A stretch of DNA of 64,000 bases, taken from the sequence record NC_007023.1; one strand, written 5' to 3'. Shown here in pieces: positions 18,772-28,109 of this stretch. The notes beneath the pieces are model-generated. The model ran no database searches. It saw only the letters and a list, made by a program, of their open reading frames with translations, and was not told the origin of the DNA. The position numbers and the translations under genes were made by a program. This stretch comes from Escherichia phage RB43. How positions within the stretch are numbered: position 1 is the first letter of the stretch; each line of letters begins with the position of its first letter.

Positions 18772-19353
18772 TTAGCAATCTACGCCAACTTTATCAAGCA
18801 CTTTTTCATGATAATGTTTCCGGCATAACGAAACATATTTGTCTTCGGCTCCGATTTCGACTTGCTCCCCTTCGGTTACGAAGTTGCCTTGTGCGTCGAT
18901 ACGCGCGACCGTGGTTGCTTTGCGCCCACAGTGACACATTCCCCGTAGTTCTCGGATCTCGTCAGCCCATGCGAGCAACCAGTAAGAACCCTCGAACAGA
19001 TTCAACTGAAAGTCGGTACGCAGCCCGTAACACATTACAGGAATTTCGAGTTCATCAACAACGCGACACAGATCGAAAACGTTTTTCTTCGAAAGGAACT
19101 GTGCTTCGTCAACAAAAATACAGGAAATATTATTCCGGCGTTGAATGTCCCAGAACAGATCCATGCTGGGTGAAATCAGTTCACATGATGCGCTTAACCC
19201 TACGCGAGAAGACACCGTATGTGAACGAGTATCAAGCATAGGCTTGTAAATCACTACGTTCATACCACGTTCTTTGTAGTTGTATGCGTCGGTCAGCAGT
19301 CGTGCGCTTTTACCAGCATTCATTGATGCGTAATGATAATACAGTTTAGCCAT
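18772..19353 (-). CDS. tk: thymidine kinase
   Basis: P-loop MNAGKS, FVDEAQF, C-terminal Zn motif CHCGRKA...C. Confidence 0.9.
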   Translation of the reverse strand: MAKLYYHYASMNAGKSARLLTDAYNYKERGMNVVIYKPMLDTRSHTVSSRVGLSASCELISPSMDLFWDIQRRNNISCIFVDEAQFLSKKNVFDLCRVVDELEIPVMCYGLRTDFQLNLFEGSYWLLAWADEIRELRGMCHCGRKATTVARIDAQGNFVTEGEQVEIGAEDKYVSLCRKHYHEKVLDKVGVDC

Positions 19354-19529
19354 TTGCAGCGTCCTTGATCTCTTTCTTCACGAACAGAATGATATCTTCG
19401 ATTTTGTTTTCGATGTAGCACATGTTTGACATTACGCGCTTCTGTATCATCATCGGTCGCGTAGTCCATGTATAATTCACCCAGTTCTTTCAGTTTGTGC
19501 GTCAACAGCTTTTCTTCTTGCGGTCTCAT
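19320..19529 (-). CDS. hypothetical protein (69 aa)
   Basis: ORF. Confidence 0.35.
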   Translation of the reverse strand: MRPQEEKLLTHKLKELGELYMDYATDDDTEARNVKHVLHRKQNRRYHSVREERDQGRCKWLNCIIITHQ

Positions 19530-19711
19530 TCGCGAGATTCCCTTCTTTCATCGTCGATTAGCTGGTCGATGAAATCAACGATGTCATCAAACCAATCTAC
19601 GGCTTCTTGAGCAGAAACCGAACCTTTCCCACTACCACTCATAAAGCGTTCGCGAGCGTCAGCAAACTTTTCGAGTTTTGAATACAGCTTTTCTTTATGT
19701 TCCTGGATCAT
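19526..19711 (-). CDS. hypothetical acidic protein (61 aa)
   Basis: ORF; ATGA coupling. Confidence 0.4.
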   Translation of the reverse strand: MIQEHKEKLYSKLEKFADARERFMSGSGKGSVSAQEAVDWFDDIVDFIDQLIDDERRESRE

Positions 19712-20200
19712 GATAAATCTACCGTTTTCATGTTAACGTAGGGATCGAAATGTACCACGATGATTGGATAGTCGCCAGTGGCCTTATCAATGATGTCATA
19801 GATGCGCATCCAATCGCCCCCAGCAAGCCCCGCACCAATAAGAGGGGTAACGATAGGCAATTGAACAGGACACGCCTTAGCGCGTTCTACAGCAGATTTG
19901 AAGCATGATTCAATCGCATCATAATCGACTTGTGGGCCTTCACCCCAAAATTTGTATTGGGTGTACGCGTTAAACAGAAGTTTGTTTCCGTCCTGATAAA
20001 CGGAGTTACGCCCCAACTTAGATTGATTGCCCTTCATCGTCATTGCGTCTTCTTTAAACGCACCAGGGATCTTTTTCTTCACTTCTTTGGCGATACCCGC
20101 GCCCATGTTACCAGAAACCAGTTACCACCCCATGAATTAGGTGTACATCGCGATTAAGGAACAGTTCAACCGCGTTACCTTTGATTTCTTTAATGATCAT
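19708..20200 (-). CDS. macro-domain (ADP-ribose-binding/processing) protein, apparent frameshift near 20107-20120
   Basis: Upstream frame MIIKEIKGNAVELFLNRDVHLIHGV... joins MGAGIAKEV..., reconstructing an HGxN(C)xxxMGAGIA macro-like N-terminus. Confidence 0.45.
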
Positions 20201-20292
20201 TGTTTATTACCCATTCGATAGCCGATCCCAATAACCAGCCCCATTATAATCACAACAGTGATCAGTATTGCAAATTGCATACCTATGCTCAT
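20197..20292 (-). CDS. possible 31-aa membrane peptide
   Basis: MSIGMQFAILITVVIIMGLVIGIGYRMGNKQ; ATGA overlaps on both sides. Confidence 0.25.
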   Translation of the reverse strand: MSIGMQFAILITVVIIMGLVIGIGYRMGNKQ

Positions 20293-20435
20293 TTGAATTG
20301 ATCATCCCATATTTGCCACGCTTCCAGTTCATCATTGTATTCAGGTAATGAACGTTCGCCAGGCTTCATTAAACAGTACCATATGATAATTGCAACAGCA
20401 ATAACCATTCCATAGAAAATAATTAGTCCTATCAT
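20289..20435 (-). CDS. possible 48-aa membrane peptide
   Basis: MIGLIIFYGMVIAVAIIIWYCLMKPGERSLPEYNDELEAWQIWDDQFK; ATGA coupling. Confidence 0.3.
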   Translation of the reverse strand: MIGLIIFYGMVIAVAIIIWYCLMKPGERSLPEYNDELEAWQIWDDQFK

Positions 20436-20758
20436 CAATATAATCCTATTCCGGCGTTGTACTCGTCAACCAAGTAGGTACGCAACTTTTCACAACGTTC
20501 CTTATTTGGTGCGCTAGTACATAGTTTCATCATCGGTTCAGACTGCAAAAACTCACGCTGTTTAGCCAGCTTTTGACGCTTAACCAGGTGCGCGTTTTCT
20601 TCGCCCCACACATAAGCAGCGTCCAGTTGTTCCGCGATCACCTGATAACATACAGCAGTATCTTTAATGTCGCGATGGTCGCAGAGTTCAGAAAGACGGT
20701 TGTCGTCTGCATACGCGAAACCAGAAACCAGAGTCAATAAAAGCGCAAGTTTTTTCAT
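20435..20758 (-). CDS. small secreted protein (signal peptide ...GFAYA|DD)
   Basis: 107 aa; N-terminal signal sequence. Confidence 0.5.
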   Translation of the reverse strand: MKKLALLLTLVSGFAYADDNRLSELCDHRDIKDTAVCYQVIAEQLDAAYVWGEENAHLVKRQKLAKQREFLQSEPMMKLCTSAPNKERCEKLRTYLVDEYNAGIGLY

Positions 20759-20759
20759 G

Positions 20760-21425
20760 TTAACCTCGATATGTCACGTCTTCGATAGGGTTATAGTAAT
20801 GATTCTTGCAAATATACGCAAGTGTTTTTCGTAGGCTTGCGCTGGCAAACAGAGGATCGCGGTTGTACGTCATAGAACGATAGGTGTGTACTTCCCAGAC
20901 TTCCCGATCAGTATCATACACGAAGCAATAGCTTTCATATTCAGACAGCATATGATCCATGATGTCGAAATACAGTTGTTTGTTTTCGTTCATCTTAACA
21001 AACGGCTTGATCAACTTGATTGCTTCATAAACCTGGTCAAGATTGCTATGGTCTTCATTCATCGCAACACGAATAACTGATTGATTCGTGTCTGGATTAT
21101 ATGTGTTGGTTGCAACACCAAGTTCATAAAAGAAGTTAGCAGCATCGCGATATGTTTCACCACCAGTGCGGGGAGAATTCAGGTAATACTCAATACGTTT
21201 TTCTACAGAGGAACTCCGCATAATGACGGCCTTTATGTCATCAATTCGTTCCTGCAAGTCAATACGCTTTTTGTTTAGTTCCGTAGCACGTTTTTGGAGT
21301 GGTTCAAGCTGGGTTCTTACTTCGTCAAACTCACTTGTAATGGCTGTCAACTGCTTTTCTAAGGTTTGGCTCAACATAGAAGTTGCGTTTTCGTTTACCT
21401 TATTCATAGCTTCTGCGTATGTCAT
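20760..21425 (-). CDS. hypothetical protein (221 aa; N-terminal coiled coil)
   Basis: ORF. Confidence 0.5.
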   Translation of the reverse strand: MTYAEAMNKVNENATSMLSQTLEKQLTAITSEFDEVRTQLEPLQKRATELNKKRIDLQERIDDIKAVIMRSSSVEKRIEYYLNSPRTGGETYRDAANFFYELGVATNTYNPDTNQSVIRVAMNEDHSNLDQVYEAIKLIKPFVKMNENKQLYFDIMDHMLSEYESYCFVYDTDREVWEVHTYRSMTYNRDPLFASASLRKTLAYICKNHYYNPIEDVTYRG

Positions 21426-21427
21426 GA

Positions 21428-21829
21428 TTATTCCCCTAATACATATTCAAAACGATGTTCCAGCGCATCATTAACGCTTTCGTAAACTCCCCCAATACGT
21501 GTAGCCTTACGAATGCCGGACTTGACAATATTCATGATCTCGACGTTACTACCCCAAACATTCAGGTTGAAATACAATTCGCAATCGATCGGATGGTCGT
21601 TTGTGTCGTAATACATGTCACAACCTTCGCAAACAAACAGTGTACGCTTTTCGTCGCCATACTGGAAGTGAATGTTAAACGCAGACATACTATCTTTATC
21701 AACAGTAATGTCAATGATGCGAACCTTTGGGTTGCTTTTCAGTTCGGTAAGAACACTTTGGATAACATGCAGAGTGTTCAGCTTGACAATCCCTACTCTG
21801 CCTACAATGACTCGATGTGATGTACTCAT
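21428..21829 (-). CDS. hypothetical protein (133 aa)
   Basis: ORF downstream of promoter element F. Confidence 0.5.
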   Translation of the reverse strand: MSTSHRVIVGRVGIVKLNTLHVIQSVLTELKSNPKVRIIDITVDKDSMSAFNIHFQYGDEKRTLFVCEGCDMYYDTNDHPIDCELYFNLNVWGSNVEIMNIVKSGIRKATRIGGVYESVNDALEHRFEYVLGE

Positions 21830-21896
21830 AATTTAATCCTCAATGGTTGATGCACACATAATAAAAAAGCCCCTGCAAAAATGCAAGGGCTTTTGA
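21830..21896 (-). promoter_or_regulatory. PeSL-like element F (TTGCAT-17-TATTAT with hairpin GCCCCTGCA...TGCAAGGGC)
   Basis: -35 at 21881-21886, -10 at 21858-21863 (minus strand). Confidence 0.5.
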
Positions 21897-22532
21897 TCAA
21901 ATAATTTGCTTTTCTTCTAACAGTTTCGCGGTATGGTTAACCATGCGAGCATATTCACGGGCTTCTTTCTTTCCATACTTAAAGCCAGCGTTATAACTCG
22001 CGAGCGCCTTTTTCAAGTCGCCTTTGTGGTAATCAAGCCAGTATTCCAGTTCATGAATAGCGTACTTAGAACCGCCCCGAAGGGTTTCAAGCGTTTTGAT
22101 TACTACGCGTTTGGAATATGATTTATCCATCCGTGCTAAAGCACTATTTGCGGTTACTTGCCAGCACCCGTAAGCGTGATGACCTTTCTTACCCTTTCCG
22201 GTGTTCTCACATGCGCGAGACTCGATCCAGGCAATAGCCGCTAAATGATATCCCAAACGTTTCGATTGTTCCGTTTCAACAGGTTTTGCAGTTTTGAGAT
22301 CATACTCGTTTCCGATCCTGAAAGCATACTCCAAAACCTTTTTCTGCTTTGGTGTAATTTCGTCCAGTTCCTTCACATATGATGGTGCTTTCTTGATCAC
22401 TGTTGCTTGTTGAAGCGGTAATGTTGACTGATAAGCCGGAAGTTTTTCGATGAATTCCCCAAGCGGATCTGTCTTTGCGTGACCAGAAAAAGAGCATAAG
22501 AAAATGCTGGTCGCTAAAATAATTTTCTTCAT
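21897..22532 (-). CDS. periplasmic lytic transglycosylase-like protein (SLT-type)
   Basis: Signal peptide; SLT-like AIAWIESRA...AYGCWQV...SYNAG. Confidence 0.6.
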   Translation of the reverse strand: MKKIILATSIFLCSFSGHAKTDPLGEFIEKLPAYQSTLPLQQATVIKKAPSYVKELDEITPKQKKVLEYAFRIGNEYDLKTAKPVETEQSKRLGYHLAAIAWIESRACENTGKGKKGHHAYGCWQVTANSALARMDKSYSKRVVIKTLETLRGGSKYAIHELEYWLDYHKGDLKKALASYNAGFKYGKKEAREYARMVNHTAKLLEEKQII

Positions 22533-22584
22533 TGATTAATACCTTTTGTAACAAGAGAGGGCAATGATACCCTCGCCTTATTAT

Positions 22585-23145
22585 TTATGCAAGTACAATC
22601 TTGCATTCCACCAGTTGATTTTGAATGAATTCAGCAACGTTATAGTTCATAATAGAACGGTTTGCATCATACAAAGCAACCAGGTCTTCAAAAGAAACCT
22701 GAACCACTTTTTCGAAGTGTGTACCCCAGTTAGTAGCAAGGATCTCTTTGTTGTCAAATCCACAGTCAGGACTGAATATGGCACGATATTTGTAACCAGA
22801 ATAATCCCGAAGACGGTTAACATTATGCGCGTTGCTGGTAATCAAAAACTGACCATGTTTAGTTTGAACAACGAAGAAATAACCAAAGAGTTCCTCACTA
22901 CCAAACATATTTTCGAACTTATTGATTTTGTCTTCTTTATCAACACGGGTTTCGATCATCTTCCAGACCTGTTCATATTCAGGCCAATCGTGTTCAACAA
23001 CAACCGCTTTCAGTGGTTCCTTTCCGCGTTTAACGCGAGATTTTTCTAATTTGCGCAACAGCGCACGAAGTTTCAGTTGATCATCATAATCCATATGATC
23101 CGTATCTGAAAGTTTGATTACAGCATAACGATTTTCACGATTCAT
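22585..23145 (-). CDS. hypothetical protein (186 aa)
   Basis: ORF. Confidence 0.5.
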   Translation of the reverse strand: MNRENRYAVIKLSDTDHMDYDDQLKLRALLRKLEKSRVKRGKEPLKAVVVEHDWPEYEQVWKMIETRVDKEDKINKFENMFGSEELFGYFFVVQTKHGQFLITSNAHNVNRLRDYSGYKYRAIFSPDCGFDNKEILATNWGTHFEKVVQVSFEDLVALYDANRSIMNYNVAEFIQNQLVECKIVLA

Positions 23146-23318
23146 TTCACAATCACCTTATTAGAACAAACCGGACAAGTGATCACGCGGTAGGTGTCTC
23201 GACCACCAGTGTAATCGGTATGAACTTCTTCACGCACATCAGATGCGACGTAAGACAAACGAGATTCACATTTGCGGCAAGTAACCTCTTTTGGCTTCAT
23301 TTCAATGACTTGTACCAT
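23142..23318 (-). CDS. small zinc-ribbon protein (58 aa; CxxC...CxxC)
   Basis: MVQVIEMKPKEVTCRKCES...ITCPVCSNKV; below ORF-track size cut-off. Confidence 0.4.
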   Translation of the reverse strand: MVQVIEMKPKEVTCRKCESRLSYVASDVREEVHTDYTGGRDTYRVITCPVCSNKVIVK

Positions 23319-23325
23319 AATAACC

Positions 23326-23523
23326 TCAGTTCAATTTTAATTTAACTTCACTACCGCATTTCGGGCAGGTAATGAACTTTATCACTTTGTAGTCAGCAGC
23401 ACGATAGAAACCATTGTAGATAGGTTTCGTCCTGCCTTGAATGTCTTCAAGTTCGTATTCTAACCCACTTTTGCAGGATTCGCAAACAGTAATTAGCTTT
23501 GGTGATACAATAACGTTAATCAT
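23326..23523 (-). CDS. small zinc-ribbon protein (65 aa), paralog of 23142-23318
   Basis: MINVIVSPKLITVCESCKS...ITCPKCGSEV; start at ATG 23521-23523. Confidence 0.45.
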   Translation of the reverse strand: MINVIVSPKLITVCESCKSGLEYELEDIQGRTKPIYNGFYRAADYKVIKFITCPKCGSEVKLKLN

Positions 23524-23560
23524 ATATTCCTCACGAAAAAAGGGGCCGAAGCCCCCTTTG

Positions 23561-24910
23561 TTAAAAGTTATCTTCGACGAATGCAGCGAGTCGCCCACGA
23601 TATACGGTATCCAGGATCACATGACTTGAATGACCGTACTCTTTAAGTTTTTCAACCGCATACACAAAACCGTTGTTTACGGCAGTGTTGCGCGGGTTGT
23701 CAATCTGTTTAATGTTCCCGCATAGTATCAGAAGTGTGTTCTCACCGCAACGGGAAATGATGGATTTAATTTCGTGATTGCTCAAGTTTTGACATTCATC
23801 AACAATCAGAACGGAACCTTTACCCGGATCAGGATGCCCGATTGAGCGCCCACGGAAGTAATACAGGCTGGGGAACTGTACAACGCCTTTCTCTAACAGC
23901 CCTTCGACGTACTTATCAACTTCCGGTTGATCTTTAAACAGAATGTTCAGGCTTGTAATACATGGTTCAATAGACGGTCGTAATTTTTCTCCCAGTGTAC
24001 CAGGTAAGAACCCGATTTCGCCCGACAGTGGGCTATCCGATTTTACATACATCACATTAGCAAAATGACCAGCATTTACCAGGTGCATAGCACCAGCAAC
24101 CGCCAGCATTGTTTTACCGGAACCAGCCGCGCCCATAATGGTCACTGCATCAATGTTTTTATCCAGAATGGAATCAACGAAAGACGCTTGCAACGCATCG
24201 CGAGGTTGAATTGTTTTCATCAGCTTGCGTTTCATCAGGTGTTCGTGTTTCAACGGCAACACTTCAAGCTGAAACTCTCCAGCATCCACCACACGCCCGA
24301 CAACCTCACCATAGGACAGGATGTATTGGTTAGGGTAGAAATCTACCTTGTAGTCGGCAAACGACGCATAGCTAATCAACGCAATATCGCCATTGTACCC
24401 AACAACATCAACGATGTTCCAGAAGTCGGTCAGTTCAATATAACCGGAATACAGAACATCACTATCTTTCAGTGTGTCATCGCCCGTGTACTGTTCAACA
24501 GGACAACCCTTAGACATTGCGATCAACAACATATTGATATCGCGGGTTACTAAGGTCGCTTTCTCCTGCAAACAGGTAGCGATAATGCGAGCATCTTGCT
24601 TATCAAGCGGGAACTCTTCACCACCGACATAATCGACGATACGCAGAGTAACGCTATCGGGTAAAGCTGGGTTTGTTTGGCCCAACGAAACCCCAGTTTG
24701 GGTAATTGCTTCATACTTCTGTCCCAGGACAATTTTAGACAGAAGTCGGATCACTAAACGTGCTTCGCGGGAAGTGTGTTCCTTTGATTTCAGGTGATCC
24801 AGTTCTTCCATTGTTGCAGCGGTAATGATGATCTCAGTACCAGGGGCAACATAAGAATAGATTGAATATGGGTTCGAGATTAAAACGTTGGTATCTAGAA
24901 CATATTTCAT
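23561..24910 (-). CDS. phoH: PhoH-family ATPase with N-terminal PIN domain (YlaK/PhoH2-like)
   Basis: PIN-like MKYVLDTNVLISNP; Walker A GAAGSGKT; Walker B LIVDECQNL. Confidence 0.85.
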   Translation of the reverse strand: MKYVLDTNVLISNPYSIYSYVAPGTEIIITAATMEELDHLKSKEHTSREARLVIRLLSKIVLGQKYEAITQTGVSLGQTNPALPDSVTLRIVDYVGGEEFPLDKQDARIIATCLQEKATLVTRDINMLLIAMSKGCPVEQYTGDDTLKDSDVLYSGYIELTDFWNIVDVVGYNGDIALISYASFADYKVDFYPNQYILSYGEVVGRVVDAGEFQLEVLPLKHEHLMKRKLMKTIQPRDALQASFVDSILDKNIDAVTIMGAAGSGKTMLAVAGAMHLVNAGHFANVMYVKSDSPLSGEIGFLPGTLGEKLRPSIEPCITSLNILFKDQPEVDKYVEGLLEKGVVQFPSLYYFRGRSIGHPDPGKGSVLIVDECQNLSNHEIKSIISRCGENTLLILCGNIKQIDNPRNTAVNNGFVYAVEKLKEYGHSSHVILDTVYRGRLAAFVEDNF

Positions 24911-25029
24911 AGAAGTTTTCCTGTTAATTGCGAGGTACGCGGATTCGCACCCCGCGTACTGCAATTACATACCCAAACGGATAATGTGAATGTATGGGAA
25001 AGGATGCAGGTTACTATTTCTCATGCAGA

Positions 25030-25422
25030 TCATGAGTGTTTGAACCAGTTCCCAACGGTCATCAAATTTTGTATTACATTCATCAAAATCAGATTGATCG
25101 CCTGATGCTTGATACTTCTACCACGAAAGATTGTGGTTAAATCCTGTCTAGCAGACAGCAGCATCAGATTTTCACAGTCGGCTTCATATCGTTGGGCTTC
25201 ACCTACTGCAAGTTGCTTTGTCGGGGCAACATAGATGTTCAGTGTACCTTTCGACTGTCTGATAATTTCAAACGCCGCTTTCGTTTTACCAGATCGACGG
25301 CCCATATCAAGCGCCGTTTCAAACGCCGCAACGCCCGTTGTATCTGCTTGTCCTTCCATTACGCGCATCAGGTGCATATTGCGCGATTGCTTAACAGCAT
25401 CAACGTAAAATTTTGAAAACAT
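25030..25422 (-). CDS. hypothetical protein (130 aa)
   Basis: ORF; GRRSGKT is only Walker-A-like, not canonical. Confidence 0.4.
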   Translation of the reverse strand: MFSKFYVDAVKQSRNMHLMRVMEGQADTTGVAAFETALDMGRRSGKTKAAFEIIRQSKGTLNIYVAPTKQLAVGEAQRYEADCENLMLLSARQDLTTIFRGRSIKHQAINLILMNVIQNLMTVGNWFKHS

Positions 25423-25431
25423 GGTGAGTCC

Positions 25432-25827
25432 TTATGCAAGTTCAATATGCGGTGCGTCGATGAATTTTGTTTCGATCGGAAGATTAGGATCATTCTTCCA
25501 GTTGATACCGAAACGCAGTTTCACACCGAGTTCATCACCAGCTTTTTTCATTGCATTCAGAACAGGCAACCACACTTTCGGGTTTTTCTGCCAACCTTCC
25601 GGCAGTTTGCTAGGATACAGATCCACAGCATCGCCTGTAATGTGTTTTGAATTCATGGTTTGTGACGCGCCAGTGCGAACGTATTCGCGTTGCTGTTCGA
25701 CGGTACGCAATCCTTCACGTACACCGAAATCTTCTGGGGATAGCTCCAGAGCGCGTTGTACAACCTTAACCAGTTCAGGTTTAACACCTTTCAGGTTATT
25801 GATACTTTTTTTGGCTAATTTAAACAT
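25432..25827 (-). CDS. peptidase M15 family peptidoglycan hydrolase (L-Ala-D-Glu / D-Ala-D-Ala peptidase); endolysin candidate
   Basis: 131 aa; Zn-ligand pattern SKHITGDAVDL and DAPHIEL. Confidence 0.7.
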   Translation of the reverse strand: MFKLAKKSINNLKGVKPELVKVVQRALELSPEDFGVREGLRTVEQQREYVRTGASQTMNSKHITGDAVDLYPSKLPEGWQKNPKVWLPVLNAMKKAGDELGVKLRFGINWKNDPNLPIETKFIDAPHIELA

Positions 25828-25893
25828 ACATACCTCTTTATGAAAATACCCTATGGGTTACACAGGGTATTTACGGTTTAAGAGGCGCAACGA

Positions 25894-26316
25894 TTACATG
25901 TCGTACAGAGCATCTTCCGCACGACGAACGATCCATTCACGGTGCATTTTACGGCTAGTCTCTCTCAGTTCGGGAGGGAGTTGGTCGTTGTTGATTTGGT
26001 CAACATATTCCTGTGCATCTTTTTTACTCAGGAAAAGTGCGTGGAAGTTATAATTATTGCGCCCTATTACATTGTGGTCCATTAAAGACATATGTTGACG
26101 ACCTTCCCAATCATCATAAACGGTGATCGCGTCAACGAACAACCCTATACTCAAGTGCTGGAAAGGTAATCCAGTGATAATTTTTTTGGGACCCATTTCA
26201 GCTTTAACACCATTGATGCTAAAAACTTCATACAGGATAGCGCCAGGTTTGATGTCTTTAAGTTGAGCACGTTTTTCAAAAGCATTCATAATATATTCCT
26301 CACAATTAGTTTTCAT
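25894..26316 (-). CDS. hypothetical protein (140 aa)
   Basis: ORF. Confidence 0.5.
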   Translation of the reverse strand: MKTNCEEYIMNAFEKRAQLKDIKPGAILYEVFSINGVKAEMGPKKIITGLPFQHLSIGLFVDAITVYDDWEGRQHMSLMDHNVIGRNNYNFHALFLSKKDAQEYVDQINNDQLPPELRETSRKMHREWIVRRAEDALYDM

Positions 26317-26344
26317 ATACAGATTATCATAATCTGTTTTGGTG

Positions 26345-26665
26345 TCAACAAGGTTTATCGTTTTTTGATGGAAAAGTTAACTGGAACAGGCGATCATGTA
26401 GTGCGTCGATGCGTTCACATGCCTGTTTCAGTATGACTTTATCACCCGCGCTTGTTGTCTCAATGCAGCCTAATTCGTCTGCGTCGATCGCTATAACGTC
26501 ATCCATCAGGGAAGCAAAAACGTTAGCGTCAGGGTGTGTCAGTTCCTGTATCTCCGCTTGCATCCCGTCATGTTGGGATAACAGTTCAATGATATCTCTT
26601 TGCAGATCTCCCTGGTACGGGAAGCCTGTTTGAAGATGGTTAATGATTCTCTCTGCTTTGGTCAT
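26345..26665 (-). CDS. hypothetical acidic protein (106 aa)
   Basis: ORF; terminator hairpin 26676-26698 upstream. Confidence 0.5.
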   Translation of the reverse strand: MTKAERIINHLQTGFPYQGDLQRDIIELLSQHDGMQAEIQELTHPDANVFASLMDDVIAIDADELGCIETTSAGDKVILKQACERIDALHDRLFQLTFPSKNDKPC

Positions 26666-26702
26666 ATTTCACCTACAAAAAAGCCCCTTTCGGGGCTGGG
26701 AA

Positions 26703-26966
26703 TTAAAGGTCTTTACACTGACAAACACCGTATTTGCTGAAAGGCTTTTCACCGCTCAGGTAAGACCAGAAGTCGCAAGCCTGTTCAGCGGTTTCGAAGA
26801 TTGCAGCATCATAGAAGCCGTGTTCTTCGTTACCTTGTTCATTGAGGAACACAGGAAGCCAGCTTTGAGGTTTGTAGCAGTCAGTAACAACTACCCAACC
26901 TTCTTTCGCTTTCATCGCTTCTTTGTTCGCTTCAACCATTTCCAGCATTTCGTTCAGTAAGTTCAT
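26703..26966 (-). CDS. hypothetical protein (87 aa)
   Basis: ORF. Confidence 0.45.
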   Translation of the reverse strand: MNLLNEMLEMVEANKEAMKAKEGWVVVTDCYKPQSWLPVFLNEQGNEEHGFYDAAIFETAEQACDFWSYLSGEKPFSKYGVCQCKDL

Positions 26967-27040
26967 TTTTAATCCCCTTTGTTAATCCGTTTCGTTGTCT
27001 ACGAGAGAGATATTATCACAACGGGGATCTATGTCAACAC

Positions 27041-27310
27041 CTATTCGAAACGAATCGTGCTATTTTTGAAAAATAATCCAGAGCATACCGCACCAGCGAT
27101 CGGCTTACCGTTTACACCTGTTGCGGTGAATCCGGTTGCGTATGTATCCTTTTCAGAACAGGAAAACCAGCTATATCCTGTGAACTGAATATTCGAATAC
27201 CCTTGCGCTTCCAGGATACGTTGTGCTTCTCGTTCATCGGTACAGCCTGATTGCAATAAAACGAGAACCACAACCAGTAATACACATCCAATAACTTTAA
27301 ACATAATCAC
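27041..27310 (-). CDS. putative lipoprotein (signal peptide with ...LLQSGC lipobox-like site)
   Basis: 89 aa; hydrophobic N-terminus ending at Cys. Confidence 0.45.
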   Translation of the reverse strand: MIMFKVIGCVLLVVVLVLLQSGCTDEREAQRILEAQGYSNIQFTGYSWFSCSEKDTYATGFTATGVNGKPIAGAVCSGLFFKNSTIRFE

Positions 27311-27753
27311 ACTCTTTTTAAGTTGGTTTTACTTGCTTGAACCCAGCTAACACCTAACGGACCACCACGGAAACCGCTGATAGCACCGAGACATACAGTT
27401 GTATGGCTAAACGTGTTAGGTAAATCGACCTGGTTATCGGGAGAGATACCCAAATCGTGTACGCTTACATCAGTTGCATACAGATAACCACCAGACACAT
27501 ACAGGGAATTGATTGAACCGTAAGCATCGTTAGGCCATTTAAAACGGTATTTGTCGCCCCATAGTTCAACTTCATACACCTGATATTCATCGAACAGAGG
27601 ATCATTACCCTTTGTTGCTGTATAAAGAGCACTACGCCATTCATACAACTTTGCTTCAATGTCACTGACATTGATTTCTTTGCCAGCGCTTAAATCATCA
27701 AGCACCTGTTCAAGTTTGCGGATTGCCCCGCTTAATTCATGAGAAAGATTCAT
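27307..27753 (-). CDS. hypothetical protein (~148 aa)
   Basis: ORF; start probably internal Met (MNLSHE). Confidence 0.45.
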   Translation of the reverse strand: MNLSHELSGAIRKLEQVLDDLSAGKEINVSDIEAKLYEWRSALYTATKGNDPLFDEYQVYEVELWGDKYRFKWPNDAYGSINSLYVSGGYLYATDVSVHDLGISPDNQVDLPNTFSHTTVCLGAISGFRGGPLGVSWVQASKTNLKRV

Positions 27754-28109
27754 ACAATACCCTCTTCTTCTAGCACTTCCCAAATAAGTTTATCCATGTG
27801 CATTAGGTTCCACATAACAGAGTCATACGAACCCAGTGAGCGGGAGTAAATTACACCCCAGGAACGATACGCTTTTTGAAACTCTTCCGCGCTGTTTGTA
27901 TCGCACGGCATATCATCACCAGAAGCGATCAGAAGTTTCAGAACCATCAGACTATTGAGCAGTTTTGAACTTGCGTCCTGTTCTCTCAGTTTAGACCAAT
28001 ATCTTTCGATAATCGCTTTTGCTTTCGGTTCAGTAATACGTCCGTTGTTACAACGTTCACGATACGCATACATCAGTTCATCGAGTATTTCGGTCATAAC
28101 ACACCCCAT
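27750..28109 (-). CDS. hypothetical protein (119 aa)
   Basis: ORF. Confidence 0.45.
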   Translation of the reverse strand: MGCVMTEILDELMYAYRERCNNGRITEPKAKAIIERYWSKLREQDASSKLLNSLMVLKLLIASGDDMPCDTNSAEEFQKAYRSWGVIYSRSLGSYDSVMWNLMHMDKLIWEVLEEEGIV

